DNA of 64,000 bases from Lytechinus pictus (lineage: Eukaryota). Below the pieces are notes generated by a model. That model did not search any database, had not been told where the DNA came from, and was given only the letters and a program-made list of their open reading frames with translations. Both the position numbers and the translations under genes were made by a program. This document shows, one piece after another, positions 50,127 to 62,917 of this stretch (positions within the stretch are counted from its first letter, which is position 1; each line of letters begins with the position of its first letter). The stretch spans positions 6,572,001-6,636,000 of the forward strand of contig NC_087263.1 in NCBI RefSeq assembly GCF_037042905.1, in the 5' to 3' direction.

Positions 50127-52005
50127 TACATTAGTCCAGCAGTATGACTGTGGAGCAAGAGGTGAAAACACTTTAAGCAAAATACTGAACAATTTCCTGA
50201 TTAACCAATTTTAATTCTTGGTTAAAGTAACTTATAAGAATTTAAAATTTCTAATTAGATAAATACACGCCAACTCCAATATTAGTTATATAATTATTAG
50301 ATTTTGTTATGTTAGATGATACCCGAAATCTAATTCCCTTTATTGACAGAACATGCTCAATTTCATGTTGTTTTGGGGGATGGGTTACCTGTTATGGTTG
50401 CATTGCAAAGAGGAAGAAATAATAATGATTAAAAGAAATGTAGATAATGGGGAAAACATATATTATTGTAGCTTCATTAACGCCATCCTTATGTACATGT
50501 ATGTGTAATATATTGTATATTTCTCAATTTATTATTCTTTATATGAAGTTGATGTGTGCAATTGTAGTAATAGAATGTATTCTTGTTGGTCGTAAACTTT
50601 GTTTAATTTGTACATCTATTACCTGACCCCCTTCTCTCTCTCTCTCTCTCTCTTTCTTTTACTCTCTTTCTCTTTATATTTCTTGCATTTAGCTATAGCT
50701 ATGCTATAGGGAGACTGATGGTAGATTACTGGTAGTGATAGATTGATTTGATTGTAATTAAATGTTGCCATTAAAAACTTGCATTTCATAATGATTAGAT
50801 TGTAAATATTTTTATTTTGTAAGGAGAATAATGCAAAATATTCAGCTTTTACCTCCAACGAAAGTTGCATCAAGGATTTTAGAACTTTTGAATATTTTCT
50901 TTAATATACAATACTTCTGAACGTGTTGTTTGATTTTAATTGGTTTATTTCAATTGTGAATCGTTTTGCATATTGATGTTTAAAGATTAAATGCAAAAAA
51001 AAATTAAGAAATGTGTTATTCTTATTCTATTTCAGTCAAATCGGTCACTATGAAAATAACAGTCTAATCGGGATAAAATGTGAGAGATTAAAGGAATGCT
51101 GTAGTTCTGTATCGATTAATCAATATGAAAATGATATTTTTCTTAATATTGTTTCGTGCAATAAAAAACCCGATTCATGTATCACACGAGAGGAAAAACA
51201 CCCCATATGTCAAGAAAAATTGGTTCATAATCATATGGGTCATTATAGCTTCCTGAATATATGTGGATGTTGACCGTTTTTTTTTTCATCATTTATTTCA
51301 TAGTCCAATAAAATATTACTGTTAGCATGGTAAGCAATTTGAAGTCTATTCATAGTACCTTTGAGTATTACAATTTGTACAGTTGAATATAGAGCAACTA
51401 TATTGAATAACAAACGAATATGCAAATGTAATATGGAATTTAATCACAAATATCGAAATTATCAAACCAAACGTAAAATCTTGATTATTATCTGAAAGAA
51501 GGGAAGTAAAGCAAATCCATGGATGAGCAGAGTAAGCGCAACTATCATTCATCAAAAATAGAAAAAATAATTTAATGAATACAAAAACTGATATTCTGTC
51601 AATTTAGGTTTTTTTTTTGTTATGCAACGGGTCAAATATTGTGAGCAATACATCGTGTAGTGTGTCTAGACTCCTCCTTGTTAGGGGTTTAATATAGTGA
51701 TTAAAATTATGTTAAATGCATTACGCAATATCAGTTCATTGCACTAGGCCATTGTAATACCAATCGCCTTCTCATTAGATAGAAACGCTTGCCATAGAAG
51801 ACAGCTCAACCATGAAAATTGTGTTTAAGGCCAGCAATTTACCTGGATTGTGTTGATGACATGCTTTTAAGCTGAATTCGAGAAAAATTTCACCCCAAAA
51901 AGGTGCTCTTGCACTAGACAAACATATTAAAACAACCGATTTGCTGTTGTTGGTGTTGTTGTTTCAAAGTACAGTGAATAAGAGGGCTGAACGGAAGATG
52001 ACCAA

Positions 52006-52520
52006 CAGGGGGGGGCACTCAGTATATAATGCATAGTGGGTATGTGCCGCGGAGGGGACCCCCATTTTTACACTCAAATTTCCGTTCCGAGGCATAGCAT
52101 TTTTGTCTTATTGAGAAAAAGAACAAAGAAAGCCGCTCCAAAGCATAGCATTTTCTTCTTCTCGAGAAAAAAGAAGGAAAAAAATCCGCTCCAGGGCTTC
52201 GCATATTTTCCGGTACGCCGTTCCGGTCGCAATTTTGGTGAAAAGCGGCCGCAGCTCGCTGTCCGACCATCGCCTCTGCGCTAGCGCGCCCGTCAGTCGC
52301 GCCGCCGGGCTAGCTGCATGCACGTTCCATAGGGATGCATACGCACTCGCACGCAGGCGACCCGTTCCAAGGACCCCCGTTTTCACAAACATTTGTAGTT
52401 TCGAAGCCCGTTCCGAGGACCCTCCTTTTTACAATTCGCCCGCTCCAAGGCCCCCGTTTTTTGTCTCGCCCGCGGCACACCCCTACCACTTTTTTGGTCG
52501 AGTGCCCCCCCCCCCCCGGG
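52006..52520. mobile_element. GC-rich non-autonomous DNA element with GGGGGGCACTC termini
   Basis: TIRs GGGGGGGGCACTC / GAGTGCCCCCCC; sharp GC-rich island in AT-rich flanks. Confidence 0.7.
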
Positions 52521-53238
52521 TAAACGTCGCTCTAAAATGTGCAAGAACACATTTTGTCATGTAAACACCAGCGCAAACTTCACAGTCCGTTTGCAATCTG
52601 ATTTTGCAATAAGCAGTGTGAAGATATAAGTATACATTAGGACCCTATATTTATATTGATAGTGTATATTGCAAAATATACATAGAATTTCGCTCGATGT
52701 GTGCTCGATCGCCGTGATCGCTCCGCTCTAAAATGTTGACCCATATCGCCATGGCTTACCCCATCAGAATGTTTCACGCATTAAGCCTCTGTAGCTGGCA
52801 TAGATGGCATATTGATGGTTTCCATGCTAAATCGGGACTTTCTATTCTCGAAAGGTAAAAAGATGGAACAGTGCGTGGTAGTCTTATTCATCGCGTGCAG
52901 CGACCTGTAAACCAAGCATTTAGAAATATGGTCTGAAAACATAAATTGTGTCCCATTTTGTCTTGTTTGTGCATCGATCCTATGGACCTAGGTCCATGGT
53001 TAACCGTAGCTATTTATCAGGCGAATCAGGAACCAGATAGTGTCATTGATCTCAAGATATTAGCTTAGCGATAGACTTTTTTTATTTTTATGTTTCATTG
53101 GACTTAGCGATAGACTTTGATACAAAGCAGATCATTTCCTAAGATATCCGGGTAAATGTCACTCGTTTTGGGCCTACCCGAATAAAGGCCTATCATACGT
53201 GGATTGTCCTTATAGTTACATGCTTACGCATTTCGATT

Positions 53239-55226
53239 ATGGCGGGAAATGTGGACGTTGAATCTGTAGTCGACCGAATCTTCAGGCTGTTCGATGACCA
53301 CGGCAGTGAAGATTACATAGGGGAGCCGGTTTCGCAGACTGAACACATGATCCAATGTGCTATGCAGGCAGAGAAGGGTGGTTACGGGGAGGAGGTAAGC
53401 GAGTTTTTATATTATATAGTCACTTGTTGTCTGTATGGTTTAGAACAGTACAAAGTCTACATTTTATTTAACAAACAGAATTGCTAATTATTCTGCAGGC
53501 GTAGACCCTATACCGTCAGCAGAATATGAGATATTGATGACGGTTTGACAAGAAAAATGAAAAATATAGCTACTGATATTCAATATTTGATTTCGTGACG
53601 TCATATATGCACCGGTAACACCATCATCTTTTTTGAGAGAGATAGAGAGAGGGGGGAACGGAATTTTATCATGGAGTATCACAATTACACACAAAAGTCC
53701 TGGCTTAAAATAGGTCCATAATCTAATGAAAAACATGAATGTCCAGTGGTATTTGTGTTATTGGTTACAAATTTGAAATTTTAATTATTTGTACATTTAA
53801 TTGCTACATACATGTACCATTAGCCGAGCTCGTGTTTAACTGCATGATCAGAGGTTCGGTGCAAAGTTGTGATGTTTTTCAAATGAAATTATTCGAATTT
53901 GCTATTATTGTTATTTTTGCTGTTTTAGTATAGCTTGATGATTCCATGACCTTGCATTAAATTGCAAATGAAATAGCTCTCAGTCGGTTTATATTGCACC
54001 GTTTTTCCTAGACTTTGCCATAATGTAGTGGTAGCATTGATGGCCGACTTGTTATTCGAATAAAGCTCTTTATACTTATTTGTTTACTAATCCAATTATT
54101 ATCAAACTTTACATTTAAAGGTCATATTAGGTGCGCTGCTACACGACATTGGGCATCTCGTTGGCATGGAGCAAGGCTCATCTCGCATGGAAACAGGCGG
54201 GGTTGCTTTGGGAGCAGCGAATCATGAGATCTTGGGATAGAGGTTCCTGCTCGACCTCGGTCTTCCGGAAACAGTTTGCAAGCTGGTCAGAGGTCACGTG
54301 GACGCCAAAAGATACTTGGTTTACAAAAACGAAAAATATAGAAAACGTACGAATTTGATAGAATTGTCTATTGACTTTAGCAAAATTATTGTGGTAAAAC
54401 TATGAATGTCACGTTTTTAACATCCCAGTTTGTTTTTTTATATTTGTATGTTTTATTAAACTTTTTTTTATTATGAAGCCTTCAACAAAATAAAATTAAT
54501 TGAAGGTTGAATGGAAGAGAAATAAAGCAGAATAAAAATGCGGAAAGGAATGAAACCATAAGCGCATATGCTGCTAAGACCCCTTCGGATTCTCTTATAG
54601 TAAACGTCATGGAAACGTCCTGTTGTGTATTCTATATAAAGTAGGGCCATCTATACTTTCTGATGTAACAAGTAAATTTGAAATATTACTTCATACGAAG
54701 TACAATCTGCGTTTAATTGAATGTTTCTTCCTTGCCAAAAAATTATAATGTGGAAAACAAATATAGAAAGTCAAAAGGGGCCTAAGCTTTCGATCCTAGC
54801 AGAATCTTCGTCGGAGGCAAAATGACAAATATAGTGAAGGCCTGAACGTCCATGACGCCGTATATTTAAAAAACAAATAGGTGGGTCTTACCATTCCTGT
54901 AAATGTTACGACATTTTAAACCTTATGTAAAATCGGAAGGCTGTCATTGTGTGCATCAAAATATTCATCTTCAAACTTTGCCATTGTACCTGGGTTTTTT
55001 TTTCACTCTAGAACTGTCTGAAGCAAGTAAGATGACGCTTGTACACCAAGGCGGCCCCATGGATGCTGATGAAGCGGCATCCTTTGAGGCGTCCCCACAC
55101 CATGACCTCATCCTTCAAATGAGACAATGGGATGAAAGGGCAAAGGTCAAGGGGTTACCGATTGACCCACTCCAGAAGTACAAGGAAATGTGCAGGAGAG
55201 TTGTTGGAAACTGTGGCAAAGTGTGA
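53239..55226 (+). pseudogene. phnZ: PhnZ-like HD-domain di-iron phosphonate dioxygenase, 3 exons (53239-53394, 54121-54346, 55012-55226; 198 codons), interrupted by in-frame TAG at 54238-54240 (null allele, young pseudogene or base-call error)
   Basis: Manual splicing with GT-AG introns (phase 0, then phase 1) gives YIGEPVSQTEH...LLHDIGH...NHEILG*RFL...GHVDAKRY...LSEASKMTL.QGGPM...RQWDERAK. This is the PhnZ/TmpB motif order at the expected length. Confidence 0.85.
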
Positions 55227-56589
55227 ATGATTTAATGGATTTGACGAATTTTCATTAATTCAACAGCAATTGATTGCTGTGAAGATCAACCATGCCGTTT
55301 GGATTTATCTTACGTGACGATTTCTTGCCTTTAAACGAAGTTGGGATTGTTTGACGTCATCAATTACCATTTTTGCATTATAGTCCTATCAATCCCAAAT
55401 GATGTGTTTTTCACTGGTTTTTGCAAACAAAAAAGTGTGACATAAATATTTCATAAATTTATTGTAGGCCTATTATTATCCGATGTCGATGAAATGATCA
55501 TGGCAATGCTCGTATTTCTTTTTGCCTTTGCATTCAAATATATATATATATATAATTTTACATTTCGCTTCAGCGTCTCTTCAATCCCCTCTCTCACTGG
55601 AAATTATGGTTTATGGCCATCCTTTCCCCGGACAAGTTCCCGCCTTACACACACACATGCAACCTCTCTCTCTCTCTCTCTGTCTCTCACTTTCTTACTA
55701 TATGTTTGTCCCACCCCCTTCTCTCTTTTTCTTATTATTTTCAAACCTATGCCTTCTCTCGAAGACTAATTTTATGTATTATGCATTTTGTCTTACACTT
55801 TATTAAGGTGGTTGCGATAATGATAATCATGATAATGATGGCGGTGATAGCGGTAACATCATTGTTATCACCATCATATATATATTGATATTACAATTAA
55901 AATAAAATGATAACAAAATATAACTTCAACATAAGGGCAGTGTCATTTTACTCATAATAATTGATGATTATTCATTAATCAATGACTGAACAAGTTCTTG
56001 TGAAAAAATACATTAACATAGGAAAATAAAGCTATTCGGCGCCGAATTAGACCATGTACAAAGAATGAAAGAAACAAATATTGAATGGGACAGCTATTCA
56101 AGATATCTCCATCGTATTGTATTGAGTAAAAGTAATAAGGCCACGGTCAAGTACTTGCCATTTAGGCATTCATGGATTTTTTTTTCTTCAAAATTATCAT
56201 TATTACCACTATTATTATTTACCGGCAGGCACATCCGTTTACTTTCATAATCTCAATCCTCAAATATATTAGTCTCCTATTTTATATATTTTCATTCATT
56301 ATTTCTATAGAGGGAGTAACCGAAGCAAAGAAAATATAGGAAAGACTGTGTGGCGGCACCAAGCTGAAGTTTAAAATGCGGAGTAAACGGAAATAAATGA
56401 GGTGGACGCGGGGAAAAACAAAAACTAAATCATAATTCAAGGGACATAACATGAATGCAATCATGGGTGTTTGTATTTTGGAAGGCGGTGGGCGGGCTTG
56501 CAACTGGTAGGGAGCAATGTTCTAACTGGAGAATCATCTTTTTTTTTATATGGTCCCTTCTATCTTGGTACCGCCATCGTCTTAGTGAA

Positions 56590-59500
56590 TTAAATGATAT
56601 TGCTGAGAGCGCATGCCGTGCAGATGACACTTGCTGCGGCAGAAGCTAGGCCATCACAGAACAAGGCAGAGAGAGTCATGTCAAAAGCATCGAAGATTTG
56701 ACGACAGGTCTCAAGTGCCTGGTTAGGGGAGCATGACGTTTCGCATGCCTCTATAACGGCGATTGGTGCAACTGTTGTGCTGCTGGTTGAAACAACGGGG
56801 GTGGTTGTAATGGGTTGAGTTCGAACTGCTGTGGTCACTACTTCGGTTGGAGTATTAGTGGTTGCCTCAGTAGGGGCATTGGTAGTTGCTTGGGTGGGAG
56901 CATTGGTTGTTGCTTGAGTAGGAGCATTGGTTGTTGCTTGAGTGGGAGCATTGGTTGTTGCTTGAGTGGGAGCATTGGTTGTTGCTTGAGTGGGAGCATT
57001 GGTTGTTGCTTGAGTGAGGGCGTTTGTTGAGGCTTGAGTAGGAGCATTGGTTGTTGCTTGAGCAGGAGCATTGGTTGTTGCTTGAGTGGGAGCATTGGTT
57101 GTTGCTTGAGTAGGAGCATTGGTTGTTGCTTGAGTGGGGGCGTTTGTTGAGGCTTGAGTAGGAGCATTGGTTGTTGCTTGAGTAGGAGCACTTGTTGAGA
57201 CTTGAGTAGCAGCATTGGTTGTTGCTTGAGTTGGAGAATTAGTTGTTGCCTGAGTGGGAGCATTGGTTGTTCCTTGAGTTGGAGCATTGGTTGTTGCTTG
57301 AGTAGCAGCATTGCTTGTTGCTTGAGTAGGAGCATTTGTTGTTGCTTGAGTAGGAGCATTGGTTGTTGCTTGAGTAGGAGCATTGGTTGTTGCTTGAGTG
57401 GGAGTATTGGTTGTTGCTTGAGTGGGAGCATTGGTTGTTGCTTGAGTAGGAGCATTTGTTGTTGCTTGAGTGGGAGCATTTGTTGTTGCTTGAGTGGGTG
57501 CATTGGTTGATGATTGAGTAGGAGCATTGGTTGTTGCTTGAGTGAGGGCGTTTGTTGAGGATTGAGTAGGAGCATTGGTTGTTGCTTGAGTAGGAGCATT
57601 TGTTGAGACTTGAGTAGCAGCATTGGTTGTTGCTTGAGTAGCAGCATTGGTTGTTGGTTGAGTAGGAGCATTGGTAGTTGCCTGTGTTGGAGCATTAGTG
57701 GTTGCCTGAGTAGGAGCATTTGTTGTTGATTGAGTGGGTGCATTGGTTGATGCTTGAGTAGGAGCATTGGTAGTTGCCTGTGTAGGAGCATTAGTTGTTG
57801 CTTGAGTAGGAGCATTTGTTGTTGCTTGAGTAGGAGCATTGGTTGTTTCTTGAGTGGGAGCATTGGTTGTTGCTTGAGTAGGAGCATTGGTAGTTGCCTG
57901 TGTAGGGGCATTGGTTGTTGCTTGAGTAGGAGCATTTGTTGTTGCTTGAGTGGGAGCATTGGTTGTTGCTCGAGTAGGAGCATTTGTTGAGACTTGAGTA
58001 GCAGCGTTGGTTGTTGCTTGAGTAGCAGCATTGGTTGTTTGTTGGGTAGGAGCATTGGTTGTTGCTTGAGTGGGAGCATTGGTTGATGCTTGAGTAGGAG
58101 CATTGGTTGTTGCTTGAGTAGGAGCATTGGTTGTTGCTTGGATGGGAGCATTGGTATTTGCTTGAGTAGGAGCACTTGTTGTTGCTTGAGTAGCAGCATT
58201 TGTTGTTGCTTGAGTAGGAGCATTAGTTGTTGCTTGAGTGGGGGCGTTTGTTGAGGCTTGAGTGGGAGCATTGGTTGTTGCTTGAGTAGGAGCATTAGTT
58301 GATGCTTGGGTAGGAGCATTGGTAGTTGCCTGTGTAGGGGCATTGGTTGTTGCTTGGGTGAGAACGGATGTTGTTGTCTCTTGAGGGGCCTTTGTTGATG
58401 ATTTCGTCTCAGTAGTCTCGACAATGGTCGTTAATTCCACAGGAACAGTCGTCGTTACGACAGCTGCATTTGTTACAATGTCAGTCAGAGGTGTAATGGA
58501 AATGACATTTGAAGTTGTTGCTTGAGTTGGAGCAATTGTTGTTGCTTGAGTAGGAGCATTGGTTGTTGCTTGAGTAGGAGCATTGGTTGTTACTTGAGTT
58601 GGAGAATTAGTTGTTGCCTGAGTGGGAGCATTGGTTGTTCCTTGAGTTGGAGCATTGGTTGTTGCTTGAGTAGCAGCATTGCTTGTTGCTTGAGTAGGAG
58701 CATTTGTTGTTGCTTGAGTAGGAGCATTGGTTGTTGCTTGAGTGGGAGCATTGGTTATTGCTTGAGTAGGAGCATTTGTTGAGGTTTGAGTAGGAACATT
58801 GGTTGATGCTTGAGTAGGAGCATTTGTTGTTGCTTGAGTAGGAGCATTGGTTGTTGCTTGAGTAGGAGTATTGGTTGTTGCTTGAGTGGGAGCATTGGTT
58901 ATTGCTTGAGTAGGAGCATTTGTTGAGGTTTGAGTAGGAACATTGGTTGATGCTTGAGTAGCAGCATTGCTTGTTGCTTGAGTAGGAGCATTTGTTGTTG
59001 CTTGAGTAGGAGCGTTTGTTGAGACCTGAGTAGCAGCATTGGTTGTTGCTTGAGTAGCAGCATTGGTTGTTGGTTGGGTAGGAGCGTTTGTTGAGGCTTG
59101 AGTGGGAGCATTGGTTGTTGCTTGAGTAGGAGCGTTTGATGAGGCTTGAGTAGCAGCATTGGTTGTTGCTTGAGTAGGAACACTGGTTGTTGCTTGGGTG
59201 GGAGCATTGGTTGTTGCTTGAGTTGGAGAATTGGTTGTTGCCTGAGTGGGAGCATTGGTTGTTCCTTGAGTTGGAGCATTGGTTGTTGCTTGAGTAGCAG
59301 CATTGCTTGTTGCTTGAGTAGGAGCATTGCTTGTTGCTTGAGTAGCAGCATTTGTTGTTGCTTGAGTAGGAGCATTGGTTGTTGCTTGAGTGGGGGCGTT
59401 TGTTGAGGCTTGTGTGAGAACAGATGTTGTTGTCTCTTGAGGGGCCTTTGTTGATAATTTCGTCTCAGTAGTCTCGGCAATGGTCGTTAATTCCACAGGA

Positions 59501-60863
59501 GCAGTCGTCGTTATAACAGCTGCATTTGTTACAATGTCAGTCAGAGGTGTAATGGAAATGACATTTGAAGTTGTTGCTTGAGTTGGAGCAATGGTAGTTG
59601 CTTGAGTAGGAGCATTGGTTGATGCTTGAGTGGGAGCATTGGTTGATGCTTGAGTAGCAGCATTAGTTGTTGCTTGAGTAGGAGCATTGGTTGATGCTTG
59701 AGTAGGAGCATTTGTTGTTGCTTGAGTAGGAGCATTGGTTGTTGCTTGAGTAGCAGCATTGGTTGTTGCTTGAGTTGGAGAATTAGTTGTTGCCTGAGTG
59801 GGAGCATTGGTTGTTCCTTGAGTTGGAGCATTGGTTGTTGCTTGAGTAGCAGCATTGCTCGTTGCTTGAGTAGGAGCATTGGTTGTTGCTTGAGTGGGAG
59901 CATTGGTTGATGCTTGAGTAGGAGCATTGGTTGTTGCTTGAGTAGGAGCATTGGTTGTTGCTTGAGTGGGAGCATTGGTTGTTACTTGAGTGGGAGCATT
60001 TGTTGTTGCCTGAGTAGGAGCATTGGTTATTGCTTGAGTAGCAGCATTGGTTGTTGCTTGAGTGGGAGCATTGGTTGATGCTTGAGTAGGAGCATTGGTT
60101 GTTGCTTGAGTGGGAGCATTGGTTGATGCTTGAGTAGCAGCATTAGTTGTTGCTTGAGTGGGAGCATTGGTTGATGCTTGAGTGGGAGCATTTGTTGTTG
60201 CTTGAGTAGGAGCATTGGTTGTTGCTTGAGTTGGAGCATTGGTTGTTGCTTGAGTAGCAGCATTGCTTGTTGCTTGAGTAGGAGCATTGGTTGTTGCTTG
60301 AGTAGGAGCATTGGTTGATGCTTGAGTAGGAGCATTGGTTGTTGCTTGAGTAGGAGCATTGGTTGTTGCTTGAGTGGGAGCATTGGTTGTTGCTTGAGTA
60401 GGAGCATTGGTTGTTGCTTGAGTAGGAGCATTGGTTGCTACTTGAGTGGGAGCATTTGTTGTTGGTTGAGTAGGAGCATTGGTTGTTGCTTGAGTAGGAG
60501 TAGCAGTTGCTACCTGAGTTGTTGCTGGCGTTGCATCACTGGTTAATGATTTTGTCGTAGACTCGGATGTGGATTCGGTTGGGTTCGCACTTGTTGCTTC
60601 TGGTGACGGGCTTGATGTCCCCTCAGTTGGAAGAATTGTTGTTGTTCCAGCCTGCGTTGGCAGTTCTGTAGGACTTTCAGTCGGTAGTTGTGTAACCAAA
60701 CTACCAGCTGTCGGTGTGTTAGTTGTAGCCCCTTGAGTAGTTTGAGACTGGACATCCGTCGACAGCTTGGTTGTTGCCTCATTTGGAATCGTTGTAGTTG
60801 CTGCGAATGTGGTCGTTGAACACATATCAATGCAGGTCTGAACACATGCTGATGGAGTTGTAA
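56590..60863 (-). CDS. Mucin-like Thr/Ala/Pro/Gln/Asn-rich protein, large terminal exon with Cys-containing flanks
   Basis: 4.3 kb open frame. Acceptor ttggttttgttttcAG ends at 60864. CxxxCxxxC lies before the repeats and a 6-Cys segment before the stop. Confidence 0.85.
56845..60515 (-). repeat. 24-bp coding tandem repeat (TQATTNAP)n, roughly 140 units, with two duplicated non-repeat islands
   Basis: Plus-strand unit approximately AGGAGCATTGGTTGTTGCTTGAGT; the unit count is estimated from length. Confidence 0.95.
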
Positions 60864-61884
60864 CTGAAAACAAAACCAATAATAAAACAGACAATATACT
60901 TATTTATAATTTATCACCAATAATCATATTTTTATATATAGATAGTTGCATCATACGGCAACGTAAAGAAAGGTTCGCCTAACTAGGCGTAATGCTTTGA
61001 TTATTTCAAACGAAAGAATTAACATCATATTTAAATAATTCAGTTATAAGAGAACATCATTCGTTGTTGTTAACTAGACTTCTTAAAATTTTCTAAATAA
61101 ATTAAAGAATCTAAGCTGCAACCAAAAATGGCTTGCAAATTTATGTATAACCCGATATTTTCGCTTGCATGAATATTTAATTTTATAATATTGTTATCAA
61201 CATAGACTCCAAGCTGAAAATAATCTGATTCGATCAGGCAGGGTAAAAATCAGGCAAAGGAACACTAAAACTTCATCAAAATCAGACATGAAACAACAGT
61301 AATGTCATAAAAATTGTAAAGAATGAGTTACATTATTTCTGTGAAACAATAATAAGCAATTTGATGGTGTCTTACCTCCCACATATACTTCTGAATACAA
61401 TCATTTTCATTTCAAATTTTGTCCATCAAGAATAAATAAAAATGAATTGAAAACTGCTTTTATGAATAAGATGTTCGTTTCTGTTACTTATTCCGTTACA
61501 AGAGAGACATTTCGTACACACGTATGAAAATATCAAATAATTATGATTTTTTTTTATATATATAAATAACGAAAGGAAGTGGGGACATGACATCATCCTC
61601 CAACTTAATGAATAATCATTACTGCGTGCAAATAACTGTTTAAAAATATTGTTAAACTATGAAATTCAATAACTTCGTAATTTGTTATCGGATTTTGATG
61701 AAATCATCAGCGTTTTACTCAATGGATTGCATTCCATTTATGTAGATTTAATCATTTTCAGCCTGAAACGTCTTAAAGATTAAAAGGAAAGCAGTAGGTC
61801 CCCGGCTTGCAGAGTACTATGTAAATCATGTCCACCCAATTGAAGTGGCAATATAACTACAAAGCATACAGACAGAAAACTATA

Positions 61885-62886
61885 CAGCGCGTCCCCAAAA
61901 AAATGTCCCTCTGACATACGGCTGAATTAATTATAAAATGTGGTAGTATTCTCAAATAAATGTTCATTAGTAGAAAGCTCATCTCGTGATCTAACTTCTA
62001 TGAAAATTTTGAATGCTCACGCTGTTATGTAACAGTGGTGCATTTTAGCTTATTTCAAGTTTGCAGCATTGATGCATTTCTGCATTGTCTATGGCATATC
62101 AACCCCAATTTTTACATCCAGGATCTGAGCAGGGACATTTCCCTTATCATATCTAGGCTCATCAAATCATAAACTTTGGCATGTTCAGAAGGATAAGAAA
62201 CATAAAAATTATGATTGTTTGATGATTGATAAGGGGGATCAGTGCACCATCTTGGAAAGAAAATGTGAATGATGGATGAGTAAAATAAGCTGAAAAATAA
62301 AGGGTAATCCACAAGTTAATTACCCTTTGCGAAAAGGAACTTTACCAGAGAAATATTTGACATTTGACAGTTACATTGGATTAACTTAACCACAGTAGCT
62401 TATTAACTGAAAAAAATAATAAGAACAAAAATGTAGTATTAAGCATGAATTAGGCATGAAACAGACATGACCTGTTGTCCTAATCATTGTGCATCTGTTA
62501 TCAAACACGAAATGGACTGTCAAATATTGTTTTTGCCCTTCTGATCATGTTCATGGTTGTGATGTGATGAGCCTGGTTAGATCATGGAGATTTCCCTGGT
62601 CAGATCAGGGAATTCCTTGGTCAGAATGTTCAAAGGGGGTTGATACGATAGAAAGTGCAGAACACACAGCAGTGCTGCATACATGCAAACTTGGAATGGG
62701 CTGATAAGCACCACTGTTACATAATAGACTGTGTATTCAAAACCACTGAAGCGAGACCAATGAAATGTTTATAGAAGTTAGAACATGATGTGAGCTTCCT
62801 AAATCCATACATTTCATTGAAAATAATTTTTATTTTATGAGGTAATTTAGCCGCATATCAGAGGTACATTTTGGGGGGACGCGCTG
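61885..62886. mobile_element. Tc1/mariner-type non-autonomous element in the mucin intron
   Basis: TA|CAGCGCGTCCCC..AAAATGT.CCTCTGA ... TCAGAGGTACATTTTGGGGGGACGCGCTG|TA. Confidence 0.85.
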
Positions 62887-62917
62887 TATAGCTATCCAAA
62901 CTACGGAGGTTTCATAC

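Noticed and set aside
53239-55226. Bacterial contamination or recent horizontal transfer as the source of phnZ
   Set aside because: The gene has two canonical spliceosomal introns and is embedded among host repeats and genes.
56845-60515. CRISPR-like regular repeat array
   Set aside because: The 24-bp units are contiguous with no unique spacers, they encode a mucin frame, and the context is eukaryotic with no cas genes.
56838-60546. Long alternative-frame ORFs (LKQQPML repeats, 528 aa; antisense SIGCCLS repeats)
   Set aside because: By-products of a stop-poor 24-bp repeat. They break at repeat variants, whereas the Thr-rich frame stays open throughout.
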